DNA of 60,860 nucleotides, the filler included, from Basidiobolus ranarum (taxonomy: Eukaryota), in the NCBI GenBank assembly GCA_040143965.1. It is 13 parts of 13 records of this genome, joined end to end, with 100 filler letters (N's around TTAATTAATTAA, not from the genome) between each part and the next. Parts side by side here need not be neighbours in the genome. Positions count along the whole stretch, not along the records: positions 9,401 to 13,998 come from JASJQH010008773.1; positions 14,099 to 18,695 come from JASJQH010008774.1; positions 18,796 to 23,390 come from JASJQH010008775.1; positions 23,491 to 28,083 come from JASJQH010008776.1; 9 more parts are not named here. One strand, written 5' to 3'. Positions 13,116 to 25,399 of this stretch are shown here, one piece after another (position 1 is the stretch's first letter; the number at the start of each line of letters is the position of its first letter). Position numbers and translations under genes: made by a program. A model generated the notes under the pieces. It was not told the origin of the DNA. It saw only the letters and a program-made list of their open reading frames with translations, and did no database searches.

Positions 13116-13998
13116 CCCTAACAGAAATTTGAGGATTGTTATTGTTGGAAAACTGTCACAATTTTAATCCATTTGGGATTGACCATTTACTTACCATCAC
13201 AAAATTTGTCAAGTTGGATTTGATTTTAATCAGTTTTTTCAGTTTTAGGAGTGAAATTTCAAGATCTCACAAAATAGTTGTGCATGATTGGCTACAATCT
13301 CAGTGAACTATGGATCAACATGTGTTCAAAAAACATAACTCAAATTTTTCACAACTACCCCTGCAATGCTAATTTGTCATCTACAAAATCCCTGGTCTCT
13401 TTGCTATATTCTTGTGAATATTTTTGTAGAATTCTTCATACCCAAGGTTTAGCTCATATGCAACACAAGTTTGTACCAATATCTCCATCAAAGCCCACCA
13501 TTGTACTAACATTGCTGAATCAACATTCATCCAGCTATCTGGCTGATACCTTGCAATATTGTGCCACTCTGTATTAAGTTCTTCCCAGATCTCAGCATGG
13601 TCAACACCAGACTGAATGTCAAGCTGAATGTCCTTCTTCTGAAGCCATTTTCTTTCTTTTCCAAGTCAATAATTGTGTACATTTTTGAGATGTCTCATGA
13701 AGAGGCCTACACTAGCCCAATTGCCATTTGCTTGCAAAAACACAGGATTAACCATATGGAATAAGTCAAGTACCTTCAGAGTAACGCCTGGTTTTTGGTT
13801 TTTCCATGACTAGCTCAAATCCAGGTGATTTTGGGCAAGATTCCACACAGTTTCCAAAATGTTATATCACTCATCATCAAAGCAAGTGACAGCAGCTCTG
13901 ACATTCAGAGTCTTTTGGTTTGCCAGTTTTCCTATGAGATTTCTACTTTCATGTGCCCATGCAATTTTGAGTTTCTGTGTAGGCTTAATGATCCCACA
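13116..13998 (-). mobile_element. CCCTA-element end A plus ORF2 remnant
   Basis: Starts CCCTAACAGAAATTTG; homologous to 55043-56184 and 45657-46826. Confidence 0.75.
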
Positions 13999-14289
13999 NN
14001 NNNNNNNNNNNNNNNNNNNNNNNNNNNNNNNNNNNNNNNNNNTTAATTAATTAANNNNNNNNNNNNNNNNNNNNNNNNNNNNNNNNNNNNNNNNNNNNGT
14101 CTTATTACCCCCACTTATCTATTATATCTTATTACACAAATTCCTGAATATCTCAAACAATTGATTTACTTTTCTACTATATAAGTCACCATATACTCTT
14201 AAGAATAAACTAATTAAAACACACTATCATAAGTTGCTTCTAATACTTAAAGTCTACCCCCATTATGTCAAGATCCTCCAACAGTATAC

Positions 14290-14834
14290 ACTTTCTGTTC
14301 AGAAGCTCCAGTTAAATTGACTTAAATTGTTTCCATTCCAATAGCATGCAATGTGCAGTCAACTCCTATGAAAACCTATATTAGTAGTAGGTACCCCAAT
14401 GCATTACATTTCATCCACCAAAATAGGACTCTATTAATTAGTGATTTAATATATTCTCCTGGCTTCATCTTTAAGTTGAAGAATTTTTTCTTAGAAACAT
14501 CTTGTTGGCACCAGAACATGTTTGTTAGGTATCTTCCAAGGCTTTCCATACCATCTTGGCAGCTTTAGATCTTGAACATTGAATTAGCAATTTGTTTTAA
14601 CATTAAGACAAATTGTTTCAAAGGCACTTTGTGGTTTTTTTACCTGGAGTAAAGCTTTGGTTTCAGATAGTTTTTCATTGCTTTCTCCTCCTACTACAGT
14701 GTCCCAAAGTCCTTTTTCCTGCAGCAGCATTTTTGTTTTAATTTTCCAAACTTGTAATTGGTTCCATCCAATTTCTCAGAAGAGGGAAAAGTTCCATAAA
14801 TTTGAGAAGTAGAAATGAAAGAGAGTGCAAGCTT
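14290..14834 (-). mobile_element. Copia gag 5' remnant
   Basis: EKLDGTNY..WK.K.KMLLQEKGLWDTV across a frameshift, immediately after the PBS. Confidence 0.85.
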
Positions 14835-14847
14835 GGGGCTCATAACC
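14835..14847 (-). promoter_or_regulatory. Primer-binding site GGTTATGAGCCCC (initiator tRNA-Met anticodon-arm type)
   Basis: Directly abuts the 3' end of the LTR and precedes gag. Confidence 0.85.
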
Positions 14848-15175
14848 TATTCAAGTATTTGGGAGCCTGCTGGAAGTGGTTTGGAGAAATACAGAAATTG
14901 GTGGTTTTCACTTATTGATTTATTAAGTAGAAAGTTGACATTTTTAGTTTTGTCAAGATGTAAGTAAACTAATATGTAGAGTGTGCTAAGAAAGGTCTTA
15001 GGAACATGTGTGCAAGTTTGGGGCTTCTAGCACAAGTTTGAAAAATCTATATATCTGAGAACTTCTAAGTAAATTCTAATTGTGAATAATGGATAATATC
15101 TTTGTGAATTATAAGAAAACTAGGTACTTAGCTATATACAACTATATAGATGTTTAGGCAATGCTAATTTCAACA
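14848..15175 (-). repeat. 5' LTR, copia family C
   Basis: TGTTGAAATTAGC start on the minus strand; matches 2280-2627. Confidence 0.9.
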
Positions 15176-16135
15176 AATAAATCAGTAAGTGAAAACTATC
15201 AAATCTTCTAGTTCTCTTAACCACTTCGAACAAACTCCCAAAATACCTCACCAATTATTGAGTGCTCTTTGTGATATAACCTTCTTTGTAGGTTATATAG
15301 CCACTATCTACTCTACTTCAGTGGATGAAAGAGTTAGATTTTGTATATATTGGCCCACTGCTCCCTTTGTAAAAGAGAATTCAAGATAATTTTCAATCAT
15401 TGCATAAAAGCTATCTGCCATCAATTTATAAGTGAGTTCAACATATTGAGTGATTTTCCTGGGTCATGATGGATCATGAATAATCATGTACTTGGATCCA
15501 TGGGAATTTCTGGCAATTGGTAATATTTCATCCTGCAATATCTGAGATAGATTTAAACTGATTCTTATGTTTGAGAAATATTTGCATTAAACTAACCTAA
15601 ATATATTTATAGGGTACTTGTACAAATGCTTTTAGTGCAAATAAAATAATCTTGCTGAGCAATAATGTTGGCAAATGCTGTCAATGATAGAAGCGGCCAA
15701 CTCTAACCTGTTAACCTGAGAATCATTGTATGTATAGCTCATACCAATAGTCTGATAAACTCCCACTCCTCACTTTGTATAGAATTAAACAATGAATCAA
15801 CAGATTTGCTGGATCAACTCATGTCCAGAGTTCCAAATAGAGGCCTCATCCAGGGTGGTAATTCTCGGATCTGCCAGGATCTCCCCCACAATGTTAAGGC
15901 TGTTATCTTGGCAATGGAATTAAATTACTTGCATTATCAATGACAAGATGTTCTTAATTGGTTAGATGAAAATGATGCCGCCATAAATGGAAGTCACATA
16001 GCCAACACTACCAAATCGTATCGCTATGCATTAGGCGGCAAACTCAGCCAATAATCAAAATTGACGGACTGTCAAGGTTGGTAATCTCATATAGAACAAA
16101 CAAATTTATTCACAAGCAAAACGGTGTGTAGATGC

Positions 16136-17074
16136 TTATTCGTCTTCTGCGTCAATTTCGTCTTCGGAATCCTCACCATCAATCCCTTGGAAATATCTCA
16201 AAGCATTGGGGAATAGGTCATTTGCGATAAGCTCTCCAATCTCGGCATCATCCTCCGTGAACCACATGAAGAAGCTACCAGAATCTACCTCTTCGTTTTC
16301 GCTGTCCTTCTTGGTGGTAATATTCTTCCCCTCTTTCCAACTTATGGGATGGTTTTTCACTTTAGCACAACAACCGTCCTCATCATGGGAAAATTCCTTG
16401 ACAAGAGCTGCATTTTCAAAGTAGGGATTTTCTGAAAATTCCTGTGGGTAAATAGGTGGTGAGCAAATGGTCAGCAAATTGTGAGTTTCCTTGTTGCTTA
16501 CCATGGCGATCTTGTAGGCAGAACAATCTTGCTCGTCTCTTTGAACTTTAAGGTTAGTCAAATATTCAAAGACTAAGAGGTCTTCTTCATCCAAAAGGGC
16601 ACCTAAATCATTCAAACATTAGAGTCTCTATCATGATACCCAACGCTAGCTCAAACATACCTAGCATAGGATGATTCTCAAACTATTGAACAACAGAGCA
16701 ACAAGATCAAGTAGAAGAGTTGAAAGGTAAGTACGAATATCACACAAAATGGCAGAGGAGAGGAACAAACCGCAGTGCTCCAGAATTTAGGGATTTGAGA
16801 CAAAATCTCGCTTCTCTTCTCGTAAATAGGTGCCTTTAGGTTCTCATATTTGGTAGCAAGAATAGTGGTTTCCTTGACTAAAATCGAGTTGATCAATATG
16901 TTTGTATTGGACTTTTCTTCCGATTTATAACAGAAATTTAAGTTCATTTACATCTCGAGAACTCTCTTCCTTACCTAGTGTATCGTTGATTTTCTCAAAC
17001 TCATCCTCAATTTCAGTTACTTGTGGCCAGACTTTTTGCAGGGCAGGATCGACTTCGTTCAATTCAGTAGACAT
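16136..17074 (-). CDS. NAP/SET (Vps75-like) histone chaperone, spliced
   Basis: PIYEKRSEILSQIPKFWSTA, YLTNLKV, FSENPYFENAALVKEF, ISWKEGKN, SFFMWF and an acidic tail; GT-AG introns. Confidence 0.9.
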
Positions 17075-18160
17075 GATCTATGTTATGATTTAGTGGAGGA
17101 TTCTTTATTTGGCGAGGAAAGGATATTGTTCACAAGAATAACGCGGATAAAATGAGTCTATGTATTAAATTAACATTGTTAACTCTTTTGTTTATTTTTC
17201 TTGCTGGCTAATGTATCCTTTTTTTCTTTTTTTTAGGATTTTTTTTAATATTTCTAATTTGATGATGTTTAAAAAAAAGTATCTCTTAACGATCCTCATG
17301 AATCCCTATCAATCTTATTCCATTCAATATCGTCCAGTTCCAAGATAACTTAAGGTTGTCCACAAGCTGGTCTTGACACTCATGATTTAATCTCCCACAT
17401 TTCTTCACCACGTACACAGATGGCAGTGTTCATAATTGCAATATTAATCCAAATATTCGTTGCTTCATTATATAGGAACTTTTAGAAAAATATTATTATT
17501 GTATTCTAGTGTGAAATCGGTTGGTGGAATAAGTTGAGTCCCATACACGCATTCCTCATTCTATGGAAATTCAATAAAAAGATGTCTTATATGGGACAGC
17601 TTATGCTTGAATGTTATGTTATATATATATATACTTCATCGACAAGGCCAAACTTATGCTCCACATTGTACATCATTGTAAATGCGTTCTTACTTAACTG
17701 TTGAACATCTCCCAATTCTCATTGCAAAAAAAAGAGTTATTATAACACTTTGGGTTTATAGGCGAACTTAGTTTAATTGAGAGGTGGTGTAATTATATGC
17801 AGGTAGCCCCATGTTTAAAGTCATGTACATATCTATCTTGTTGTTACTGCTAATATTCATCAAGTCAGCTGTATAATCGAGCAGTACAACGTTTTCCTAT
17901 TACTGATAGTTTACATTGAGAATCTCTTTGAAATGGAAGAGTGTTCTCTGCGCTAATGTTTGCCTATGAACACCACTCTACTGATTTGAAGCAGACCTTA
18001 GTTATCCATTATAATCTCTTTATTAAGGAGTTCTTTCATATGTACAACTAGTAAGTATACTACAAAGAGATAGGTATGAAGGTGAATGATCGAAGCTTGT
18101 AAAAGAATATCGAAATAATTCACCAGTGACAAAAATGCTTAGTGAAATGGTGGTTCAAAA

Positions 18161-18695
18161 TTAAAAAATCTCACTTTGATAAATACAGAAGTTTCTCCAA
18201 TGTGGCGCGATTTCATCCAATATGACTTCTAGCTGCCTTCGCATTTCAAGGCTTCCACATACGAAGATTCGAGCATTCTTATTTATAAGATTTACGACCT
18301 CTTCACGATGTTGATATAGCAGGTGCTGAACATATCCCCTGGATTTCATTCCTAGCTTGAATCGCGAAAATATCACTCTCGTTTTCAAAATGCCTTTTCG
18401 CTCAAGTGTGTCAAGCTCGTCGGCATAGAGTGATTCTGCAGGACTACGGCACCCGTAGTATAGAAATTTAGAACTCGACTGGTTCAAAATTTCCCACCTT
18501 TTCCAGAAGCTTCGGAATGGTGAGATACCAGTTCCGTTGGCTATAAGAAGTATTGGACTTGTGTCCAGGTCAGGAGGAGCCTCAAAATCTTTGGTAGAGG
18601 AAAACCGTCCGAATATAAGTCTCTTAGAATTCTTTGGGGATTGACCAGCCAGATCCCACAAATACTGCGAGCAAAGTCCAACCTGGGCATGGCCG
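18161..18695 (-). CDS. NADPH-binding C-terminus of a diflavin oxidoreductase (CPR/NOS-like family), 5' truncated
   Basis: GLCSQYL, GTGISPFRSF, LYYGCRS, LYADEL, YVQHLL, IFVCGS; ends YQSEIF. Confidence 0.88.
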
Positions 18696-21600
18696 NNNNN
18701 NNNNNNNNNNNNNNNNNNNNNNNNNNNNNNNNNNNNNNNTTAATTAATTAANNNNNNNNNNNNNNNNNNNNNNNNNNNNNNNNNNNNNNNNNNNNGCCCA
18801 CTCCAGAAATAACCAATAGCCCTCGATTCTTATTATCCAATACATCCGAGGCACTAGTGAATTCCCTTTTTCATAACCCTTCATACTCCAACAATTTCCT
18901 CTGGCCGTTAAACGTTTAGATTTGGTAAAGGAAACTTTGCAAGTTACTAGAAACGTCAGACTTATTAGGTATATATCACATCTATGGAAGAAACCAATAA
19001 TAACAATGTGCCAATATGTATTGATGCTTCAAAAACTAATTAATGACCCTCATTCGACCCACAGTTATGAACGCTGAATTTTTGCAAGGATAATTACCAT
19101 TCAAGACTAGTTATAGCCGTCGCAGCTGCATTGCCAAACTTTCTTCGATAACAACTGCACCAAACTTGGCACGTACGTTTATCAGCCATTGGTAGAAAGT
19201 AGCTTACACACTTTGTTACTTGATCCTGTACATGATTCACCTTCAGCTTGGGTCGCACCAGGCGTAATGATTTTCAACATCATAGGCACTTTCTCACGGG
19301 TTTCAGTCCGAAAATTCATAGGAGTTTCAAAATACAATTCCATACTTTCTTTTAGCTATTGTCATTAGAGGCCGTTTGTGTGAGGTATCAGGTATTTGTT
19401 ACTACATGTATACAATCATTGTGTCAGCGCATTCTGTATCTACTTTCTGATAACGATTTCCAAAACAAGCAACACTAAGATACCAATCATTGGGCTAGTT
19501 TGAAATCCATATCAGCGATTGAAGGCAAATCTCTGAGCACGTTCCAACTAAATATTGCACTACTCCAGCCATGAGTGTTGGATTTTCTTCATCACCACCG
19601 GCTCTGCGTATCATGGATATGCTTCTTGGAGGTAAATGTACTCCTCTTGAACAATTATACATTGAGCAAAGTTTGGTTTCTAGAAATGCATGTACTGTGG
19701 TAAGAAAAGGATGTTTGCTACTATAAATGGATTAGGAAATGGAGCGCCTAAGCTCTTCTATACATTATGCACCTCATGTCCTAAGCACTGGTTGCAATCA
19801 AGCTAGTTCTATATCCTGGACTGTTGTTTACGCGATGTCTTCGGCAGTTCAAGGGTAATTGCGGGTAGCATGGCACAAGTTAAAGAGCCAAACAAATACA
19901 TCAGAAACTTGCCAAATGAAAAGCCGTTTCTCATGATAATTCGTGAAAATATTATCTCAAGCATATGACTACAGGTCGTGGGTAACAGAGCTTCGTCCAC
20001 ACGGATTAGAAAACCACTATTGTGGTAGTAGGATGCGGAACCTCCTACGTAAGCAGTATGAGGTATAGTACAAATCAAAAAACTAAGCGGTGTCTATACT
20101 GAGCATCTAACCCGATGAGCCAAAGCGTCAGTAAAACTTGGAAGTAATCAATATGGTTTTGAGGATTTTAACTGGAGTTGAAAATGCGTGTGACAAATGA
20201 GGTCAACGTGTGATGTATTCAGAAAGAAAATCTTTGATATACAAACTCAAATAAATCAGTACCAAATGAAACTGTGAACGAATCATGTTTTATTGATTTC
20301 ATAATGTATATTGTATGTATTAAAGATTTGTTATTTTGTTACAGATTCATTGCTTTTCTCAAGTACTAAATCTTTAAAGTAGTTAAGCTATCTATTAGCT
20401 ATCGGAGAAAGTGCACTATCACCTTCACAGTTTTGATAGGTAGCACAATATGGAGCAACTTGCATTGCTGCCCCGCTCATCCAATGATGTAATTGTTATA
20501 GAGAGCAAGATATTATATAGGAACGTAATCAGTGAGTGCAAGTCGAGTGCTATGAAGTATTTAACTGTAGAAATCATCTTGAAGCCACATTAGAGAAAGA
20601 ATGCGTCTGTAATGAGCAGTGCTCTTTTGAATCGGCAAATGTAGCAAATAAACCAATATATATATATTTGTTTCAAGTTACTATCATTCACTCTTTGTAT
20701 AATATTTCAGAGTTATTCTAAACACAAAGGAGGCTAATGTAATTAATCTCAGAAATTTACTCCTCATTAGACAAAGTTAGAGTATGGGAACAAGAGAGTC
20801 AAATATCAAGCTCACGTATCTTGATTTTTTCAAAACCATATTTATTTGTTGATATATTGTACAATTAGGCTCAAGAGTTCAATTTATCTTCATGACGATG
20901 GAGGAAGAAGTAGGATTTGACATCTGGCTATTAAACCACAATCAGAGTAGCACTCAGCCAATGCATCTTAATTATGATGATTTTATGAATTCAATATATG
21001 TATAAATGCCATCAGAAGAATGATTAAAGCTGGGCAATTATAAAAAATGGAATTGAAAATATTGTCACTTATGCATGAGAGGGAGGGGCCAAAGGATGAC
21101 TAATATATAGAAAGAATGATACTTGATATTTTGGAGTTTTGAGACTCAGATAGCAAGCTCTTGTGCTTTTCGATTACAGCAGCTAAGATTGTCAGAGTAT
21201 CACGTGAATCACGAAGTTATTCTATACTTCAATCGAAGCCAGATAGTCAAACTATGGTAACTAAAATTCAAAAGAGCATTAGACGAAATCTATCAGACGA
21301 TTAGACTTCCTTTTCACTATGTTAAATCATCTCATAAACATTGCATTATAAGTGTGCTTCCTAGTGTCGCTATTTTGGCGAAACACGTAGACCTACAATT
21401 ACTTATTCCGTGACTACCTTACTTATCATAAAATGAATTCAGTTCGTCCCTCCACCAAAAAAATGAGAGAGAGTTAAGTATCCACATTCGCGTGCTAAGG
21501 GGATAAACTCTTACACTGGAAAATAATTACCCACTTACTAAAATATGTCCTTAGTGAAGACATCTAACAGATAAACTATTCTTATTTGTATTTGGTGATA

Positions 21601-22126
21601 GGCGTTCTCGATTTTATATCTCTCTTGATTTGAACTATAATAGTGAGAATTTCTCCGAGAAAATCACTAACTAGATTTATCTGTTCCTTATGTACAATTC
21701 ATCACAGCACTAAGCCTATTTTAATAACAAGATAATTTGATAAATATGCTATCACATATGATAATCGAGCTTCAGGATTTTGAAGTTAATGAAAAAATGA
21801 ATGCCAGGACAAATCTTAGATTGAACATGTAGCTTGTATTAAGATAAGAATAGTGGCAGATATTGTAGTTACAATATCAAGCTTATGAAAACCCGTGAAA
21901 CGTTACTAGCATATCAAATCCGAATTTTCATACTGATTTATCAACGTGTTATCATTAAATAGATAGAGGAAAAAAAGTTCGTAAATTTCAAAGGATTTTG
22001 CTGAATTTTATTGCTCGGGTACATATCTAACGGGGGATAGAATATAAAATTTTCAGAGATTTTAGTATCTATTTATCCAACGAAGTTTGATATCTCTCCC
22101 CCTTTCTCCTCAGAAATATCATAATC

Positions 22127-22864
22127 ATGTCTGTTGCCTCTAAGAACCCTTTTGAGCTCTTGATGGACGATGCTCCAGTCGTAGCTCGCTCTGGAAAGAC
22201 CGAGAAGAAGGCTGTCGAGCCTAAGGTTGAAGCTGCTAAGGTTGAACAAAAGCCTCGTGGTGATAAGCGCACCGGTGGTCGTGGCGCTCGCCGTGGTGGC
22301 CGTGGAGGCTTTGGTGGTCGTGGCCGTGAGTTCGATCGTAAGTCTGCTACTGGTAAGGTTGACTCAGAGAAGAAAGTTAACCAATCTTGGGGTGATGCCA
22401 AGACCGACATCAAGGAGGGTGAGAAGGTTGTCAATGGTGATGACAAGGAAGGTGAAAATGCTGAAGAGTCTAAGGTAGAAACCCCAGTTGAAGAGGATAA
22501 CTCTAAGACTCTTGAAGAATACTATGCTGAGAGAGCTGAGAAACTCGCCGCCAAGGCTCTCGCTCTCCCTGAAGTTCGCCCAGCTAACCAAGGAGCTGAT
22601 GATTCCAAGTGGAAGGATGGTGTCGCTCTCGAGAAACATGAGGAGGATTACTTTGCTGCCTCCAGCAAGAGCAAATCCAAGGGTAAGAAGGAAAAGAAAG
22701 AGAAAGTTCACCTTGAAATTCAACAACGTTTCAATGAGACCAACAAGCGTGGTGGTTTCGAAGGCCGTGGACGTGGTAACCGCGGAAGCCGTGGTGGTCG
22801 TTCCTCCTCCACCAGAGTTAACGTTAATGTCAACGACCAATCTGCCTTCCCTTCCCTTGCCTAA
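22127..22864 (+). CDS. STM1: Stm1/SERBP1-family ribosome-binding RGG protein
   Basis: SKNPFELL start, RGG boxes, REFDRKSATG, KTLEEY, C-terminal AFPSLA; strongly biased codon usage. Confidence 0.92.
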   Translation: MSVASKNPFELLMDDAPVVARSGKTEKKAVEPKVEAAKVEQKPRGDKRTGGRGARRGGRGGFGGRGREFDRKSATGKVDSEKKVNQSWGDAKTDIKEGEKVVNGDDKEGENAEESKVETPVEEDNSKTLEEYYAERAEKLAAKALALPEVRPANQGADDSKWKDGVALEKHEEDYFAASSKSKSKGKKEKKEKVHLEIQQRFNETNKRGGFEGRGRGNRGSRGGRSSSTRVNVNVNDQSAFPSLA

Positions 22865-23101
22865 AATAGGAAAATATCTCGTATCTTTCTTTTCTAGACT
22901 TTATCGTTGCCTCACGTACTCAGTTCGCGATTCATCGTTAATTATAAATAAAAAATTCGGATAATTTTACATCATAATTTTCGATTTCTTTAATTCGTAC
23001 TTTTTCTTTTGTCCCTTTGTGCCATGTTACAATTTTGGTTGCGTCTATTCAACTACTTGATTTATTTACTCCAATTTTAAACATGAAAAACTAGTTGTAA
23101 T

Positions 23102-23390
23102 CTAATAACCATAAGCAGTCATGGATTCATTGATAGATTTCAATTCCTCACTCTTGGCAGCAGTAGCCTTAGCTTTGATGTTAAGAATGGCCTTCTTACG
23201 CTCATAGTAAGCCTTGGACTTAACCTTGCGCTTCTCTTCGAGCTTCTTGACAACATCTTCGTACTTCCAACCAACTTCACTGCTCAAACGACTAACGGTG
23301 GTATACTTACGACCAGGCTTAAGGCGAAGAACACGAAGGGCAGCAGGGACAACCATACGCTTCATGTATCATAAGGAGGGGGGACACCCT
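23102..23390 (-). CDS. RPL16: 60S ribosomal protein uL13 (L16/L13a), 3' part
   Basis: [27 protein letters not shown]...EVGWKY...GY. Confidence 0.96.
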
Positions 23391-23490
23391 NNNNNNNNNN
23401 NNNNNNNNNNNNNNNNNNNNNNNNNNNNNNNNNNTTAATTAATTAANNNNNNNNNNNNNNNNNNNNNNNNNNNNNNNNNNNNNNNNNNNN

Positions 23491-25310
23491 AATATTGTGC
23501 CACTCTGTATTAAGTTCTTCCCAGATATCTGCATGGTCAACAACAGACTGAATGTCAAGTTGAATGTTCTTCTTTTGAAGCCACTTTCTGCATACTTGCA
23601 CTGCGTTTTTCCCTTCATACTTTTGAAAATATTCCTCAACCACTTTACTATTTTGTACATCCTGTAGTGTGACACAACCGAGGGTGCTTTGTGGTGTTTG
23701 TGTGGCTTGTTGCTTGCCTTTAATTTTGGGGCTAATTTCAACACTATGAAAAATACCAGTTGAGGTTGGAGAGCCAGGAGTTTTATTTGCTGGTGTTTTG
23801 GCTTGTTGAGAGGTGCCAGATGTTGGCTGAGCTTCAACTTTTGAACTCTTCCAATTACTGTTTTTGGTTGAATGGATACATCAAGCTCTTCTGTTAGTGT
23901 ATTTGGCTTTTCTTCTATATTTTCATGCTTACTGTTAGAGTGTACTTTATATCTAGGGTTTAGCTCCTATCCAACACAAGTTAGTATCAGTATCTCCATC
24001 TGAGCCCACCATTGTATAAATGTCACAGAATTAACATTCTTCTAGCTATGGGGTGGTTATCCAGCAGTATTGTGCTACTACAGATTAAGCTCTTCCCAAA
24101 TATCTGCATTGTCAGCACCAGACTGAATGACAAGTTGAATATTCTTTTTCTGAAGCCACTTGCTTAGTGCTAGCACTGTATTTTCCTCTAATATTTTTAA
24201 AATACTCTTCAAGCAATTTTACTAATTTTTATTTCTAACTTCTGCTCCTTGAGCACAGCTTTAGCTAATTTTCTCTCTTTTCCCAGAGGAAAACTGCTTA
24301 CATCTTTGAGATGTTGCATCAATAGTTTTTTACTAGCCCAATTGCCTATTATTTACAATAACCCAGGATATGCCACATGAAATGAGTCATGAACCTTCCC
24401 AGTAATGCCTGGTCTTTGTTATTTCTGCAATTGAATGAAATTAAGGTGTTTTGGATAAAATTCTGCACAATGTCCAACATGTTCAACCATTGATCATCAG
24501 AGCAAGTGACAGCAGCTCTGACATTACAAGTCTTTTAGTTTTATGGTTTTTGTATCACTTTTCTACTTATATTTTGCCCAAACATCTTAAGGTAACAGTG
24601 TAGGCTTTATGTTCCAGCATATATTTGATTGTCAAGATGATGCTTATATTTGTGGTGTGGGATTGCTTGAAATCAGCTAAGAGAACTAATGAAGAGAGCA
24701 GCATGTTGTTGTAGCTCAAGTACAGCATTCTAAAGGTTGGGTAGCATTGATGAACAACTCTCTAAATGAAGACTGGTTGCTTCAGGATGCTGCATTAATT
24801 GCAATATTATTGAATTATTGCTTGTCATGTCCTGTATAGGAACTCTATAGTTTTACTAATGATTACATATGAAGTATTAAGTAAACTGCCTAAGATTCTC
24901 TAGTTATTAAGATTATATCCAAATTGTCTATGGCCAGAAGTTAAATAGTTGGTGAAATAACCATTTTGGAAGTTCAAGGTCATGCTGGTACTTTGATTGC
25001 GCTTTTCTTGTATGTTAACTTACTATGTAGCTGGGTGATCATAATCTTGTCAGTTGCACTAATGCTTGCAAAGAATGCATCTGAAAAATTGAGTAATGCA
25101 TTGTTGTTACTTGAAATAGTTCTTAGCACATCAATACCTGCAAAAGTAGATAGCAGATGGTTAGACTACTCAGCAAATAGGTCTTCTGTTCTAGCTGGTT
25201 TTCCTTCTTTCCTGGCAGCAGGGTGTTGCTTGGAAGCCAATTTTGAATTGAATTGGGAGCATTTTTTGAAGGCATTTGAATATAATGATGGTAATTTGGT
25301 GTAATGAAAT
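23491..25310 (-). mobile_element. CCCTA-element ORF2 remnants (two partial copies)
   Basis: EEYFQKYEGKNAVQVCRKWLQKKNIQLDIQS..ADIWEELN shared with 55302-55898. Confidence 0.7.
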
Positions 25311-25399
25311 TGCTCAGAAACAGCCTTTAATAGGCCAAAATTGCCTTACATCACCAGCAATATTGTGCAAATCCTCTGATGAAATATTAGTGACACTAT

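Noticed and set aside
22069-22964. Overlapping antisense and alternative-frame ORFs over STM1 (likewise over GAL1, the amidase, the bHLH gene and the chitinase)
   Set aside because: Shadows of biased codon usage in real genes
23360-23390. Apparent 1-nt frameshift in RPL16 (YD-ac-MKR)
   Set aside because: Within 30 bp of the contig end in an otherwise intact, conserved gene; most likely a consensus error
22127-23390. STM1-RPL16 adjacency as a functional ribosome cluster
   Set aside because: Convergent orientation with no shared promoter; one adjacency is insufficient evidence
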